Below are positions 12,730 through 26,607 of a stretch of 64,000 nt of DNA, piece after piece (position 1 is the first letter of the stretch; every line of letters starts with the position of its first letter). Both the position numbers and the translations under genes were made by a program. The notes beneath the pieces are model-generated. The model did no database searches. It had not been told where the DNA came from and saw only the letters and a program-made list of their open reading frames with translations. Source of the DNA: the human T2T-CHM13v2.0 reference genome, Homo sapiens; NCBI RefSeq assembly GCF_009914755.1, contig NC_060932.1. The stretch is one strand, 5' to 3'.

Positions 12730-14465
12730 AAAATTTTGATGAAAACTCAAAATACTTAAATCTGAAAAATAATGAAAATATAACATAATAGTACTGTGAG
12801 AATTCTGCTGCCAGTAATGACAAACTACGTTGTTCCATCTAACCCTCCTGCCAAGAACTAGAAAAGTCAGAAAAAATTAAAATTAATCAGTTTGAAAATT
12901 GTGGGGAGCCATTGAGACATTAAGGACTTATAAACCCTAGGTCCTAGATAGGAGGAAAGCCCTGAGAGAGGAATCACACATGATATTAAGGCTCCTCTCA
13001 AAGCATTTGCCACATCAAAAGCAATGGCTGAAAGGTTGACAACTGAAAAGTAGGAGAGATAAAAGAAAGAAAATACAGAAAAGACATAAGAGGTATATGG
13101 GACAAGGTGAAAACTTCTAACATACGTGTAAAGTCTCAGAAAAAGAAAGAAATCAGTCAGAAGCAATCTTTGAAGAGGCAACAGCCAAAAATTTCTCAAA
13201 AATTAAAGACATCAAGCAACAAATACAAGCAGGATAAATGCAAAGAAAATCACAGGTAGTCATACACACACCGCATGGAAACTGCTGAAAACAAAAGACA
13301 AGATCATAAAACAGAGAAAAATGATATATTATCTTGGAAAAAACAGCAGTAGGGCTGAAAGCATTACTAGATATAAAGTGGAACATTTCATGATAATAAA
13401 GGAAGCATTCCACTAGAAATTATAATAATTCTAAACTTGTATCAGTAATAATATATACAGTAAGATGAATTAAGCAAAAGTTGATAGAACTAAAAGAATA
13501 AATAAATTTATCACTATAGGAGACAGTAGGAGATTTTAATACACTTCCCTCAATAACTGATAAACCAAGTAGAAAAACAAAATGTCAGTAAAGCTGTGAA
13601 ATTTAACAGATTATTATTACACTGGCTTAATTTACATTGTAGAACACTGCACAACAATATTTTTTCTATTTTCAATTTTTTCAGTTACACACAAGCTGCA
13701 AAACTTAAGCTAGACATCAACAGCAAAATGTAAGTGAAAAAGTCTCAAATATTTTCAAATTATAAAGTAAACATCTAAGTAATTCCTGGATCAAACAAGA
13801 ATCACAATAAAAATGAGAACATATTCTGAGTTGACAGAGGATGAATATGTAAGAGATAAAAATGTGTGAGGTATAACTAAAATTCTATTTAAGGGAGGTA
13901 CATAGATTACATGTATGTATGTATGTATGTGTGTGTGTGTGTGTGTGTATATAGAAAAGCTAAAAACAAATGATGTATGTCTTTATGTAAAGAAGTTAGA
14001 AAAAAAGCAATAAATTAAGCCCATAGAAAGTAAAATAAAGATAAGGGCAGGAATTAATAAAATTAGCCAAATCATACAAAAGAGTGTACCATCAGAATCA
14101 AATGAATAAATTGCTTCTTTGAAAATATCAATAAATCAGTATAATTCTGGGAAGACCAATTAAAGATAAAAAGAAAAAAATAGAAAACTGATAATGTCAA
14201 GAATGAAAAAAAGGACATTGCTATATATTTGAGAGTCATTAAAAATAATATGAAGATATGAGGTTATAAATAAATATTTCAAAATAAGTAGTTAATATTT
14301 TGAAAAATACAACTTGTCAAAACTGACAAGACACAAGAATTAAGTATGAATTTTTATGATTATAAACAAACTTAAGTCTACTATTATTCACGAGGAACAC
14401 TCTTGGCCTAGATTGTTGTATCTGTGATTTCTACCAAATAGATACTTAAAAAGCCCAACATAACA
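12730..14465 (+). mobile_element. Ancient L1M fragments (5' region, ORF1, ORF2)
   Basis: A-rich L1-like motifs (ggagattttaatacacttccctcaataactgata; tgcttctttgaaaatatcaataaa). Confidence 0.65.
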
Positions 14466-16419
14466 CAAATTTGCCTTTTTTATGGGTTATTAAGCTAATG
14501 TGCCTCACCTCCAAGTTCATTCTTTTATGCTTTACTTTCTGATGCCAGGGCTGGGACTTTGCAATTCCCAGTTGTTTTTTGTTGACTGGCTTCCTGTTGG
14601 GTTCTGCAGAAAAGGAGCATCAGAGGGAGACTGGGACAAAAGAAGTAGGAGATGGGTGATATTCTATATTACTAAATACAAAAAATTATATGCTAATTAA
14701 AAAACAGATTATAAAACCAAAAGAAAAAGAGAATAATGATCAGCTGAGAGCTCAGAGAAGATGAAGACCATCTTCGAATTTTGTAATTCATTTAGGGAGA
14801 GCTGCCAAGGAGAAGTGATAAGGGCAGAAGCCAGATTACAGTGTATTTATAAGTGAGTAGGAAGTAAGAATGGAGACCTATGGCCTGAGCTTGTCGCTGT
14901 TTCTGGGCCCAGATTGTATGAGACAATAGCTTTCAGGTCTTTAGCAGCTATACTTTGGCATGGCTGGGATAGGCATGGACGGACAGCAAGGACTCCAATA
15001 TGTAAATATTATGAGGCTTAAGTATAGATTAGATATTCATTCAGGGCATTATCTAGCTTTGGCTCCATACACCATAATTGGTACTGGAGGGCTGAAATAT
15101 TTGGCTGGATTGATTCACTTTAGTTCCTATAATGCCAAACCTCAAAGCCCAACAAAGTTATCCTTGGTGGTCTGGACCACCTGAGAATTTTCCATTCCAA
15201 TCTGGTTTTCTTACTGATACAGAGATTTAGTCTCATACCATAGAAGGCATTTATGCCCCTAAAGGAGCCTAACTTTATTTTAATAATTAATAGTGAATAG
15301 GATCTAGTTATAAGATTAGATTGCCCAGTCCATTAAAACAGATTTTAAGACCAAACTCCTGGCTCTAGTGGCTTGTGTTTGGGATCTGAGATTTGGCAGG
15401 CAGGAAAGTTTTGGTCCTTCAAGCAGTTTCCTGGAACTTTCAACTGAAATATATTCATGGCAGTTCTCCTTGGTGTCCCCTCTCTAGAGCTGGAGGATTT
15501 TGGTTTTACAGAACAGCTACAGCAGTGTTCTGTATGAATTGCAAAGAAGGTCATGGCAGGGAGCCCGTTAATGAGGTAACCTCAAAAATGTAGTCAAGGA
15601 AAACTTCCCCTCCTGGGGTTAGTATTAAAAATTTTATAAGGAATGTCCACATGTGCATAAAAATGAAGGTGTTTGGTTCTATTTATGAGGGTTATTTTTT
15701 TTTGAATAAAATTCAAGTAACTTATGAGACCATGGAACTTCCCTTGGTCCTCAGGGAACAACCAAAAGGGACAGAGAAGCGCAAAGCAATTTACACACAC
15801 CTCTTGAGGAATAACTCAGGCAGACATCATCTAATAAGATGCCCACCTGCTTCTCCAAGAGCTCCCCCAGATACCACTAGATTGCTTGATTCTCTCAGGG
15901 TTACTTAGTTTCCTCTTTCCTGAAAAACTGGAGCTTCATTATCCTATTTTTTTTGTCCTCAGAGGTTCTCCTTCTCAATAACAACTTGTCCCACACTCCA
16001 GGGTAAGGACACTAGATATAGAGAAAAAAATTAAAGCAAGACACTTGCTAATCTAATACCAGTCTACATTGAGTTGGACTTGTTGATACATGGTCACAGG
16101 AGCACATATGCACAGGAAATGTCAGCTGAAAAGCGAAAGGAATCCACCCTGAGTTGACTCAGTCACATTTCTCCTGTTCTCTCTGATTTTTGTTCATGGT
16201 AGGAAGTGTGCATGTCTTGTGTTAAAGAGGTTATCAATTGTTTTGAATAACCCAGGGATGTTTTTCATTTATTGAGCCTGTCTTCAAGGTAAATCATTCC
16301 CTACAGAACACACATAAATAAAAATGTTTTTAGATTGTTTGTATTCAGATACCTCATCCTTCATATGAAGAGTCCACGTCCCATAGCTTTGGATGACTGT
16401 ATGATATTGGGCCATATGG

Positions 16420-16849
16420 AAGGTTGTTAGAGTAATGACTTCCAGCAAGTCACACCTTCCAATATCCAAGCACTTATGTATTCCTCTCCCACTTTGACTC
16501 TGGCCTTGGTCACTGACTTGCTTTGGTTAATGGGACATCACAAATGTGGCCCAAATAGGGACTTGTGAAGCATTCCCCTATTGGGGCTTCCCTCTTGGAA
16601 TGTCGCCCTGAGCTGTTGCCATGTCAACACCCAGAATGAAAGGTCACAAGAGGGAAACTGCACCATCCCCGTTATCTCAGCTGAGCCTGACTGTTAGCTG
16701 TCTTGCCAGCTGAATGCAGCAACATGCATAGTCCCTAGAGAAAAGGCCAGAAGAACAACCCTGTAAACTTACAGGATCATGAAAATTAAGTCACTTTTTA
16801 AAAAGCAAGTGTTGGGATGATTGTTGCACAATGATAGATAACTAAAACA
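16420..16849 (+). mobile_element. MLT1 MaLR LTR (old subfamily)
   Basis: tgacttgctttggttaatggga ... ccagctgaatgcagc ... agataactaaaaca terminus. Confidence 0.7.
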
Positions 16850-17993
16850 AGCCAGGATCTTATATTTTGGGTATTACATTTTTTTTGCATATGTTTGAGG
16901 ATAATTGTGATATTCCACAACAAATTACTATGTGTAGAACTGTAAATATCCCTGTGCATATATAGTAAGATATGACTATACAGAAATGGGACTGCTTTCC
17001 ATAAGGCCTACCCAGAATCTATCTGTTCTATGTTCAGGAGTTGATGTGCATGTATTGTAGAATTACAGGTGGTGAGAGATTAGAGACCAGGTGGAAGAAA
17101 ATGCATAATTGGGAAACTAGAGGAGACATGGTGTGTGTATGTATGTGCATGTGTGTACATATGCACATATGGGTTGAGAGAGAAAGATCAGGGACATGAT
17201 CAGGGAAAGCTAGTTAAATGGAAATTGTTCTCGGTGGGTGGTGATGTACTAAACAGCACAGATGGTGAAACATGTTAACTTCCAAGTTCAAGACCTAATC
17301 ATTAAAACAATCCACATGTGGTGCCTACGCATTGGCTCATAATTAAGATTCAGATTAATAAAAACATGGGCGTTCCAGGGAATTCATTCCTAGGGTTCTT
17401 TGTATTTTTTCTTTATATTGCTTGAAATTCTTTGCAAATTAAATATGTAATGCTGAAGCCACAGAGAAAAAAGGGATATTAAAAAAGCAAATAATCTTCT
17501 TTTGATACAAACTTGCCTATGGAATGTCTTATGATATTCTGTATTGCTTTTTTAACTACACAGAAAATCAAAAATATGCTTCCCAATGAATAGGAGGAGA
17601 CTGTATAGTAAAGGATATTCACAATTAGAATTATGTTTGGCAAGTAATGCTTAGCCTTATTTAATACATTCTAACTTGTGTGAGTGCTAAGGAGTTCTCC
17701 AAGCTGAGGTTCTACGGCCATGATTCTGGCATTAAGGGCACTGAAGCTGAGTAATAGGGAAGTCTATAGGGTCTATAGGTTACTCTTGTTGTCCGAATAA
17801 CTTCTTTCTGGGTATGCATGTAATGCCCACTTGCAATGAAACAAAATTAATCCTCTTCTGATAAATACTTTCCCCAGATCTGCAAAACACTGAGGAAACT
17901 GTGTATAAATATATATCTGATTACTTTTGATTTATAGTAAGCAATTAAAATGTACACACATATACACCACCACACATATTAAAAGATATCAAC

Positions 17994-18170
17994 AGCTTGG
18001 CATGGTGGTACATGCCTGTAGTCCTAGCTACTCAGGAGGCTGAGGCAGGAGGATTGCTTGAACCCAGGAATTCAAGGCTGTGGTAAGCTATTACCACGCC
18101 TGTGAATAGCCACTGTGCTCCAATCTGGGCAACATAGCAAGACTCCATCACCCCATCTGTGAAAAAATAA
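17994..18170 (+). mobile_element. FAM/FLAM-type fossil Alu monomer
   Basis: Single monomer retaining the 7SL-derived gcctgtgaatagccactg segment. Confidence 0.8.
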
Positions 18171-18765
18171 TTTTGAAAAAGATACCACCACTGTTTCTGT
18201 GCACCCATTTGGGATCTAAACTTCTTTACTGTTCTGGCATAAATATCCACATTCTGGTTAAATAGGAAAAATCAGAAGCACTATTAATCAAATCCTTCTC
18301 AATGCTCCTCTAATTGTCTTGCTGTTATAACAGGGATGATTTCTTAGGAAGAAATCACTTGATGTGAAGCAAAATACCATTTGCTGAATGCCCCATTCAG
18401 AGTCATCAGGTTAGACAGCTTTCTTCCTACCCAGAAAGTGATGGAAACACAAATGGAATGAAAACAGGTGTGGCTGTTTGGTGCATTGTTTTGTCAGACG
18501 TTCCTTGGGGTTTAATGATCCCTAGCATTGCAGGGAAGGAGTATAAAGGAGAACTTAATGGCTTTATTTTTAACTGATTAGCTGAAGGACTCTTCTTTGT
18601 GCTCACAAATAATTTTTAAATTACAATATTACCTCTTCCCCCTTCTTGTCACTTGACACTCTCTCACCTCCATCCTGGGACTCCACTGCCCACAACACAT
18701 TCTCTCTGAAAATTAAGAAATCAGTAAGCCAGTAGTGTCAATGGTGAGATCATTTACAGAGTCTC

Positions 18766-19132
<367 letters not shown>

Positions 19133-20029
19133 AGAGAGTTCTCAATGAGATTAGGTTAAACGACTATACTTTTATTTTAAGGCAGTGTTTCTTAAAGTGT
19201 GGTCTGGAGACCAGTGCTTTAGCAGAGGGTAAATGGCACCCTAGGGGCAATGTAACTTGTTTGCACTTGCTCTCTCAAGGCTGTGCTGGTATTTTCCTGA
19301 GAAATAAATAAATAAACACATAGCCCAAACAAAAGTGTTTCTACATCCTTAGAGAAACAAATCTGAAGATGATGAATCAAATTCTTGTATATTAGCATGT
19401 TTGTAGTAGCTCCAGGTATGCACTGCCTTCCTTTTCTCACTCTCACTCTTCCAGAGACCAGCAGCTTCACAATTACTTATTAAAGTTACTTGTGAAAATG
19501 AAGATTCCTGACACCTGCTGGGAAAAAAAATTCTGATTAATATGTCCCTAGGTTCATAATATTGTTATGAAGTCATCCTTGCATCTTGGACTATATACTG
19601 CTAGAGTTTTATCTGCGAGAAAAATCCATTTCTGCAAAGTTTAAACTAACACTGTTCAATAACTTGCGGGCTACATCATCTCTAATGTTTATGGTGGGTT
19701 AAATAGAAGACCTTTCCTGTTGAATCATTCTTCCCAAAACAAAACCCTTCTTGTCTATGTTCTTGCCTTAGCAAGTTCAGTATCACAAACAAATTGAATC
19801 TTTGCAAACTGAAGTTGTTCACAGGTTCAGAATCATCAGTACGATCATCAGTGAATACTTTATGGTGGAGGTGGCATAGATAGGCTATCAAGTAGCCTAT
19901 GTATCAGTTATAGCATTACTGTGGAAGTTGGGTTTTGGAGGAATAACTCACATTAGTTAATAAAAGTTGAGGTGGAGACTACTTACTGGTTGTTCCCAGT
20001 GATCTGTTTTTCTTTTTTCCCTTATCCTA

Positions 20030-20304
20030 GTTTCATGCAAGACCCCATCAGCTTCAACAGGGATGGCACCAGGTTCAAGAGCCTAAAGAAGAGACCCAGA
20101 GCCAACAAATGAGGCGTAGTGTTTTGCTTGGGGGAACTTACATACAAGGACACTCCAGTGGCAGCAGGCTGGACAGGAGAACTTCAGCTGCTTGTAAAAA
20201 GCATGCAGTTTATATAGCATTTTCACCTAGCACCTGCCTCCATGTAACCTCCATGTGGCAACTCCCATTTCTTAAGTTATTGCTGTCAGGTGCATCTATG
20301 ATAC
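20030..20304 (-). mobile_element. Short LTR remnant (ERVL-class-like) nested in MLT1 pieces (~19960-20870)
   Basis: cagggatggcaccaggttcaagagcctaaagaagagacccagagcca ... gtcaggtgcatctatgataca resembles recalled LTR consensus; subfamily uncertain. Confidence 0.5.
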
Positions 20305-20357
20305 AGCTAGACCCCCAGTTTTCAGCTGGGCACATGGCCTTATAAAATAAAGTTTGT

Positions 20358-20673
20358 GGCCTAGCACAGTGGCTCATGCCTGTAACCTGAGCACTTTGGG
20401 AGGCCGAGGTGGGTGGATCACTTGAGGTTGGGAGTTCAAGACTAGCTTGGCCAACAGGGTGAAACGTTGTCTCTACTAAAAATACAAAAATTAGCTGGGT
20501 GTGGTGGCATGTGCCTGTAATCCCAGCTACTCAGGAGGCTGAGGTAGGAGAATTGCTTGAATCCAGGAGGCGGAGGTTGCAGTGAGCCAAGATTGCGTCA
20601 TTGCACTCCAGCGTGGGCAACAGAGTGAGACTCCGTCTCAAAAAAAAAACAAAAGACAAAAAACAAGAAAAAA
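20358..20673 (+). mobile_element. Alu (AluS-like)
   Basis: Full dimer with A-rich tail. Confidence 0.95.
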
Positions 20674-21349
20674 ATTGTATTTCTTAGCCTTATTTACAAC
20701 TAGGGGCCATGATGTTACTAAGTTCTGAACAATGGAATGTAAATGGAAGAGGTGTATATGATTTAAGGGACGTGTTCGTAGGATTTGTTCTTTTACTTCT
20801 TCATCCTCATCTTACAGGCTGCAATGCAGAGGTAATGACTGAAGCTTGAGCTGCCCTCTGGGATCATGATATAAAAAAGCAAATTCGACAATACAAAACA
20901 ATATAGAGAGCAATAGAAAATTTAAAAGTAAAACAAAACACACAAAACAACAAAATAACTATAATCCATATGTTTATTATACAAAAGCAGATATTGTATC
21001 CATAAAACAATAAGATAGCCTTATCAAAAGCAAGAATAATAAAAACCAACAACAGAAGCCAACAACAACAGATAAACAAAAGGCAACATGAGATAACCAG
21101 GCAGAACTCCCAGAATGCAAAAATATACAGCAGAAATGAGAAAAAGATCAGGTGAAAAGTCGGAAGCTAAAGTTGAAGAAATCTGCCAGAAAGTATGAAA
21201 TGACAAAAAGGTATAAAACTGGAGGGGAGACTCAATTTAAGAGCCCTGACTCTTAATTTGAGAATGTTAGAATGAAATAAAAGAGACAATGGGAGGAGAC
21301 ATCAAGGAAATAATTTAATAAAACTTTTCAGAATGGAAAAGCTGCATTT

Positions 21350-21752
21350 TTTTGGTTTTGATATTAAGTAATTTCAACTTTTATTTTAGATTCAGAAGAC
21401 ACATATGCAGGTTTAATACCTAGGTATATTGTATGAATCTGAGGTTTGAGGTATGATTGATCCCTTCATCCAGGTACTGAGCATGGTACCAAAGAGTTAG
21501 TTTTTCAACCCTTGCTCCCCTCTCTCCTTCCCCTCTCTAGGAGGTCCAGTGTCTATTGCTGCCATCTTTATGTCCATGAATACCCACTGTTTAGCTCCCA
21601 CTTATAAGTGAGAACATGTGGTATTTGGTTTTCTGTTTCTGCGTTAATTCACTTAGGATGATGGCCTCCAGCTTCATCCATGTTGTTGCAAAGGATATGA
21701 TATTGTTCTTTTTTATGGCTGTGTAGTGTTCCATATATATATATATGGACAC

Positions 21753-21784
<32 letters not shown>

Positions 21785-22467
21785 TACATGTATATCTCTC
21801 TCACATTTTCTTTATTCAGTCCACTGTTGATGGGCACCTGGGTCGTTTCCATGTCTTTGCTATTGTGAATAGCTCTGCAATGAACAGACAAGTGCATATG
21901 TCCTTTTGGTAGAATAATTTATTGTCCTTTGGGTATATACCCAGTAACGGGATTGCTGGGTTGAATGGTAGTTCAACTCTTAGTTCTTCGAGAAATCTCA
22001 AAACTGCTTTCCAGGTGGCTGAACTAATTTACGTGCCCACCAACAGTGCATAAGTGTTCCCTTTCCTCCACAGCCTCACCAGCATCTGTTGCTTTTTGAC
22101 TTTTTAAAAATAGCTATTCTGACTCACATGAGATGGTATCTTATGGTTTTGATTTGAATTTCTGTGATGCTTAGTGATGTGGAGCATTTTTTCATATGTT
22201 TTTTGGCTACTTGTATGTCTTCTTTTGAGAAGTGTTCATGTTTTTTGCCCATTTATTGATGGGGTTATTTGTTCAATTTATTGATGGGGTTGTTTGTTCA
22301 ATTGTTTTATGTCTTTATAGATTCTGGACATTAGACCTTTGTCAGATGCACAGTTTGCAAATATTTTCTCCCATTCTGTAGGTTGTCTGTTGATAATTTC
22401 TTTTGTTGTGCAGAAGCTCTTTAGTTTAACTAGGTCCCACTTGTCAATTTTTGTTTTAATTGCAATT
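21350..22467 (-). mobile_element. 5'-truncated old L1PA 3' end, inside an older A-rich LINE remnant
   Basis: ORF2 remnants RFLEELRVELPFNPAIPLLGIYPK and [18 protein letters not shown]; 25-bp tandem duplication at 22251-22300. Confidence 0.92.
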
Positions 22468-22747
22468 AAAAGCATGAATTTTCATATATTAAGGGCTCAC
22501 TAAGCATTCATTATAATTAATGTAAAAGACTTGCACCCAGACATTCATTGTAGCTTGAAGTTTCTGAAAGTTACATTGAGAGGTGAAAAATCAGGTCACA
22601 TTTACAAAATAAGGAAACGTATTGGCCCTATGCTCCTCCAGGGCAGCCCAGGATGGTAAAAACACAATAAATCAATGTCTTCCAAATTCTGAGGACTGTG
22701 AGAAAATGTGAATCTATAAGAGCCAATTCTTCAAGGTTGATCCTAAA

Positions 22748-23120
22748 TGAATACTGGGCCTAAATTTAAAATGAAACCAAGTGGCCATTTGCTGACTAGG
22801 GGTCACACACATACTCTGAGTTCCCTGAAAACCAGAAACTTTTTATCTTTAGGACTTTCAGAGCTTGGCTGTACCAACCAACCAGGGCTCAGCTATATTG
22901 ACCAATCAGACCTAAGCAAGTTTGAATTCTTCATTTGCATAAATGGACCTGATTAGGAACCTGGGTGGGAACTTTTGCTATAAAACCTGAGTCTTCCCTT
23001 GGTTCTCTCTTTGAACTCACTTTGGTTTTACACAAAGAATGTGTAGAACTCCTGTTTGCAAACTGTTTACTGGAATGATATCTTTCCTCCAAATTTCTTT
23101 TCAGGGAACTTTTGTTTACA
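22748..23120 (+). mobile_element. ERV1-class solo LTR (MER31/MER67-like)
   Basis: TG...CA ends, ccaatca box, ctataaaa TATA (~22978) and terminal ..ggaacttttgtttaca. Confidence 0.65.
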
Positions 23121-23194
23121 GGATGAATGGTTTCCAAAAGAAAATTCCAAACTCTGGAGAAGAGGAATAGAAACAGGTTGATGGAGGAAAGGGT

Positions 23195-23390
23195 CATAAG
23201 CCAAAGAATGTAGGTGCTTTCTCAAAGCATTCTCAAAAGTGGGCAAGGAAATGAATTCTCCCTGGATCGTCCAGAAGGAACTTAGCCTTGCAGATATGTT
23301 TTAGAGTCTGATCTCAAGAACTGTCCAATAAATGTAGGTTTTAAGCCACTACATCTGTGGTAATTTGTTTCAGCCACAAGAGAAAATACA
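23195..23390 (+). mobile_element. MLT1 LTR 3' half
   Basis: aataaatgtaggttttaagccactacatctgtggtaatttgtt..gaaataca. Confidence 0.7.
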
Positions 23391-23709
23391 CTGGCCAAAT
23401 ACATTAATTACGCAGGCAAAGGAAAGACATTTTACATATTCATGCCCCCAAAACTTTACCTCCCTTTCCCTATGTAGGGAATTTACTATGGTGGTGTTTT
23501 AATAAATAAGGATCAGGCATGAGAAAGAGTATGAGGTTCAGGAAAGAAGAGACCCAAAGGACAGGGGCATGAGGGGAAGTCCTATGATTAGGGATGTTCC
23601 AGGTAGATAACTGTGTAGACTGTGAGAAAGCAACTGCTCCAGGCTGGAGCAGCTCCAGGCAGGGGCACAAAAGACTGGCTGACTGCTTATCACTCATTTT
23701 ACTGTCTTG

Positions 23710-23930
23710 GGTGATGGTTAAGAGCTCAGCTTCAAGAACCCTGAATACCTGGTTTTCCATCCCAGTTTCATTACTTACTAACCAGGCAGATACATTTAAC
23801 TCACTTTTATTTTTATTTTTGCAAAGTGGAAATAATGATAGTGCTACCATATAGGTTTGTCTTGAGGGTGAAATTAGTATGTGCAGCATGCTTAAAACAG
23901 AAAAATTTATGGATAGGCACATGGAATATT
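23710..23930 (+). mobile_element. MIR
   Basis: gatggttaagagc..cccagtttcattacttacta..tttgcaaagtggaaataatgatagtgctacc. Confidence 0.7.
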
Positions 23931-24536
23931 GACCAAATATTCCCCTTCTTGAGACAGTTACAAACAGTATTATATACAAGTTTCAGTTGTCAAAAATATT
24001 TACCATCATAATTATGTAACCATTAAGTATTGATTTAATCAACTTGTAGCTTAAGTATTTTGGATAGCTGGGAGAGGGATTTGAAGTGTGTGTGTAGCGG
24101 GGGGATGAGTTGGGTGGATAGAAAATCAAATGATAGGGTATCAAATTGTAAAATCAAGACATAGCAGTATAAGCATATTGTTTAGAAATAGAAGAGTTAA
24201 TAATGATTATCTGTAGGGATTATAACCTTGCACTGGGGCAAAGTAAAGCAGGGAACTATTGATTTCCATTATAAGCCTCATGGCACTATTTGACTTTTTC
24301 AAGTATGTTCCTGTATTCTTTGATAAAATTTTAAAAATTGAATAATGAAGTTAATGTAGGTGATAGAACACATTTAGCAAGGTGGAGCAAGCCACATAAG
24401 CTTCATTACCAAGAGTGTGAAAACTGGCATTCTTGACTCTATTGTCCAAACATATGAGCAAAAATTAACTTTAGAGTTTTGGAAATTGCAAACATCCAGC
24501 AACCTTTAGGTTTCATTTCTAATGATGCTTCAAAAT

Positions 24537-24742
24537 CAGTGGTGCCCAACCTGGGTTGCAAATAAAAATGGGCCAGGCTATATACATTGTAGCCACCTGG
24601 GAGACTTTTAGACCTCCAATGACCCAGCTTCACCCCAGACCAATTAAATCAGAAACTCTGGGGTTAGGCTCCAGAGTACTAAACGTCAATACTGAAAGGT
24701 TTCCAGGTGATTACAATACGTGGCCAAGATTGAGAATAACTG
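24537..24742. mobile_element. MER5-type hAT MITE
   Basis: cagtggtgcccaacctggg..ccccagaccaattaaatcagaaactctgggg..ccaggtgatt..gattgagaataactg. Confidence 0.7.
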
Positions 24743-26509
24743 TATGAAAACATTTTGGGCAGCGCTTGGTCAGATTTCCTTTTACTTACTGGCTTTTTAG
24801 TAAGCAACACTCCATATTTATCAGCTTGGTAGGAGCGGACATGGAACTGGTAGTAGTTTGCAAAAATAAAGTGTGTGTCACACACGTCCTAAACATTGAA
24901 AAATATATGTGTTTCCTAAATATTATAATTTGGATTAGAATCATGTTTGATCACTTTGGTTAATTTTGTCAAACCATAAATAGCTTTACACTAGTTTTTG
25001 AGTTATTGAATGCATGAGTCAGACTCCTAAGCCTTCGAGATTTAAACACTGATTGTTATGGCTTAAACACACTGATCTGTGTGAATGCAGAATTTCCTAA
25101 TGAACTAATGAATAATAACTAAATTATACCAGGAAGACCCAGTATTAATTACCACATAATTCATATGGCAGTTTATAAATCAGATACAAAATCTAATAAT
25201 TATAGGACAATTGTTATGTAATTACCTTGACTCTATATAGTAATTACAGTGTAATTTTGTCAATGGTTCACATCACATAACCATAAAGAGAACTGCTATT
25301 ACTTTGCACCCTGGAGTTGAAAATAAGTAGCAAGATTATTCTAGCATCAGTTTAGAGAGGAATCAATATATGATCTTCCCTCTAGATTAGGATCCAGAAA
25401 TAATGTAACCGTTTGTTTCTAATCTGCTCCGTATTTGTGACTGTACTAATTGATATAAGAGATATTTAATATGTAATGCAGTTGGTGCAGGAAGAATTTA
25501 AGCATTCTACCTGCTATTCTGAAATAGACAACATTTAAGTTAAATCATATATAACTAAGCAGATGAAAGCAGATATTCATGAGGAGGAATGTACTTTGAT
25601 TAAAAACAAATTAGAACATAGTAGAAAATGCTGCTTTTCCTGTGGAGATATAGCTTAAATAGTTTTATGCTAGTTGAATTTGAGTTGGTCAATGCCTTCT
25701 TTAGCAAGTGTGTAAACTATCATTTGCTTAGCTCCCCTCAGAAAAGTTTTTTGTTTTTGTTTTCATTTTTAAAAAGATATATTAGCTCCATTAATAGCAC
25801 ACTATACTGGAGAGGTAAGAACACTCCACTGGAGAGGAGGAAAATGACTAGAATTACCATGAAATGGGTGAAGACCTTATATCATCCTCTGGCCAGCACA
25901 GGGGTTTACAGTCTAAGACCAAATCTAAAGAAGGACAAAAGTTTCTGCCCATGTTCAAGTAGAGTTGGGATTGATACTGGGAGAATGAGATGTGGGTGAA
26001 TTTCCTATGGTTCCTTACAGAGAGAATGTGTGGTGCCAATAGCTTAGCAGAGTCATTTCATGGATTTCATGAACATGGCAAAGAACTGGTGAAAAGACAC
26101 TGAAGTATTTACCAGACCTTCACGACTCATGAAAGTGATTATTCTCTGACTGTAAGCTCCCTGAAGAAGAGATAAATCCCAAGCAGGATGGGATCCAGGA
26201 AATATCCAGGAAAGCTTGTCTTTTCAATAGAGTCATAGAGGTCCTCAGGCAGAGAACAGCCCCTTCTGATACTCTAGGCTGAGATTCTAAATATCCTGGA
26301 CTTGAAACATTGTATTCTCATTGTTTATAGTGGTGAAAGTAACAGCCACAATACTATTTGGAATGTTATAAAAATGAAGCTCAATTAAATAATGAAAGTC
26401 AGTCTATTGACTCTGAAAGTTTTTCTGCCAGGTAAAGATGGCCAACTTCCCTGGTAGCTAAGCTGCTGAACATTTATAATTGGAAACCATAGAAAGGATC
26501 ATTTTTTAA

Positions 26510-26607
26510 AAATAGAGATAGGGTCTCGAACTCCTGGGCTCAAGCAATCCACCTGCCTCAGCCTCCCAAAGTGCTGGGATTGTAGGTGTGAGCCACAGTG
26601 CCCAGTC
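26510..26607 (-). mobile_element. Alu left-arm fragment
   Basis: ctcgaactcctgggctcaagcaatcc..cccaaagtgctgggatt. Confidence 0.85.

Noticed and set aside
23470-23979. Longest ORF in the track (169 aa, minus strand)
   Set aside because: It overlaps a MIR, has no recognisable domain and starts at a non-ATG codon; a chance ORF.
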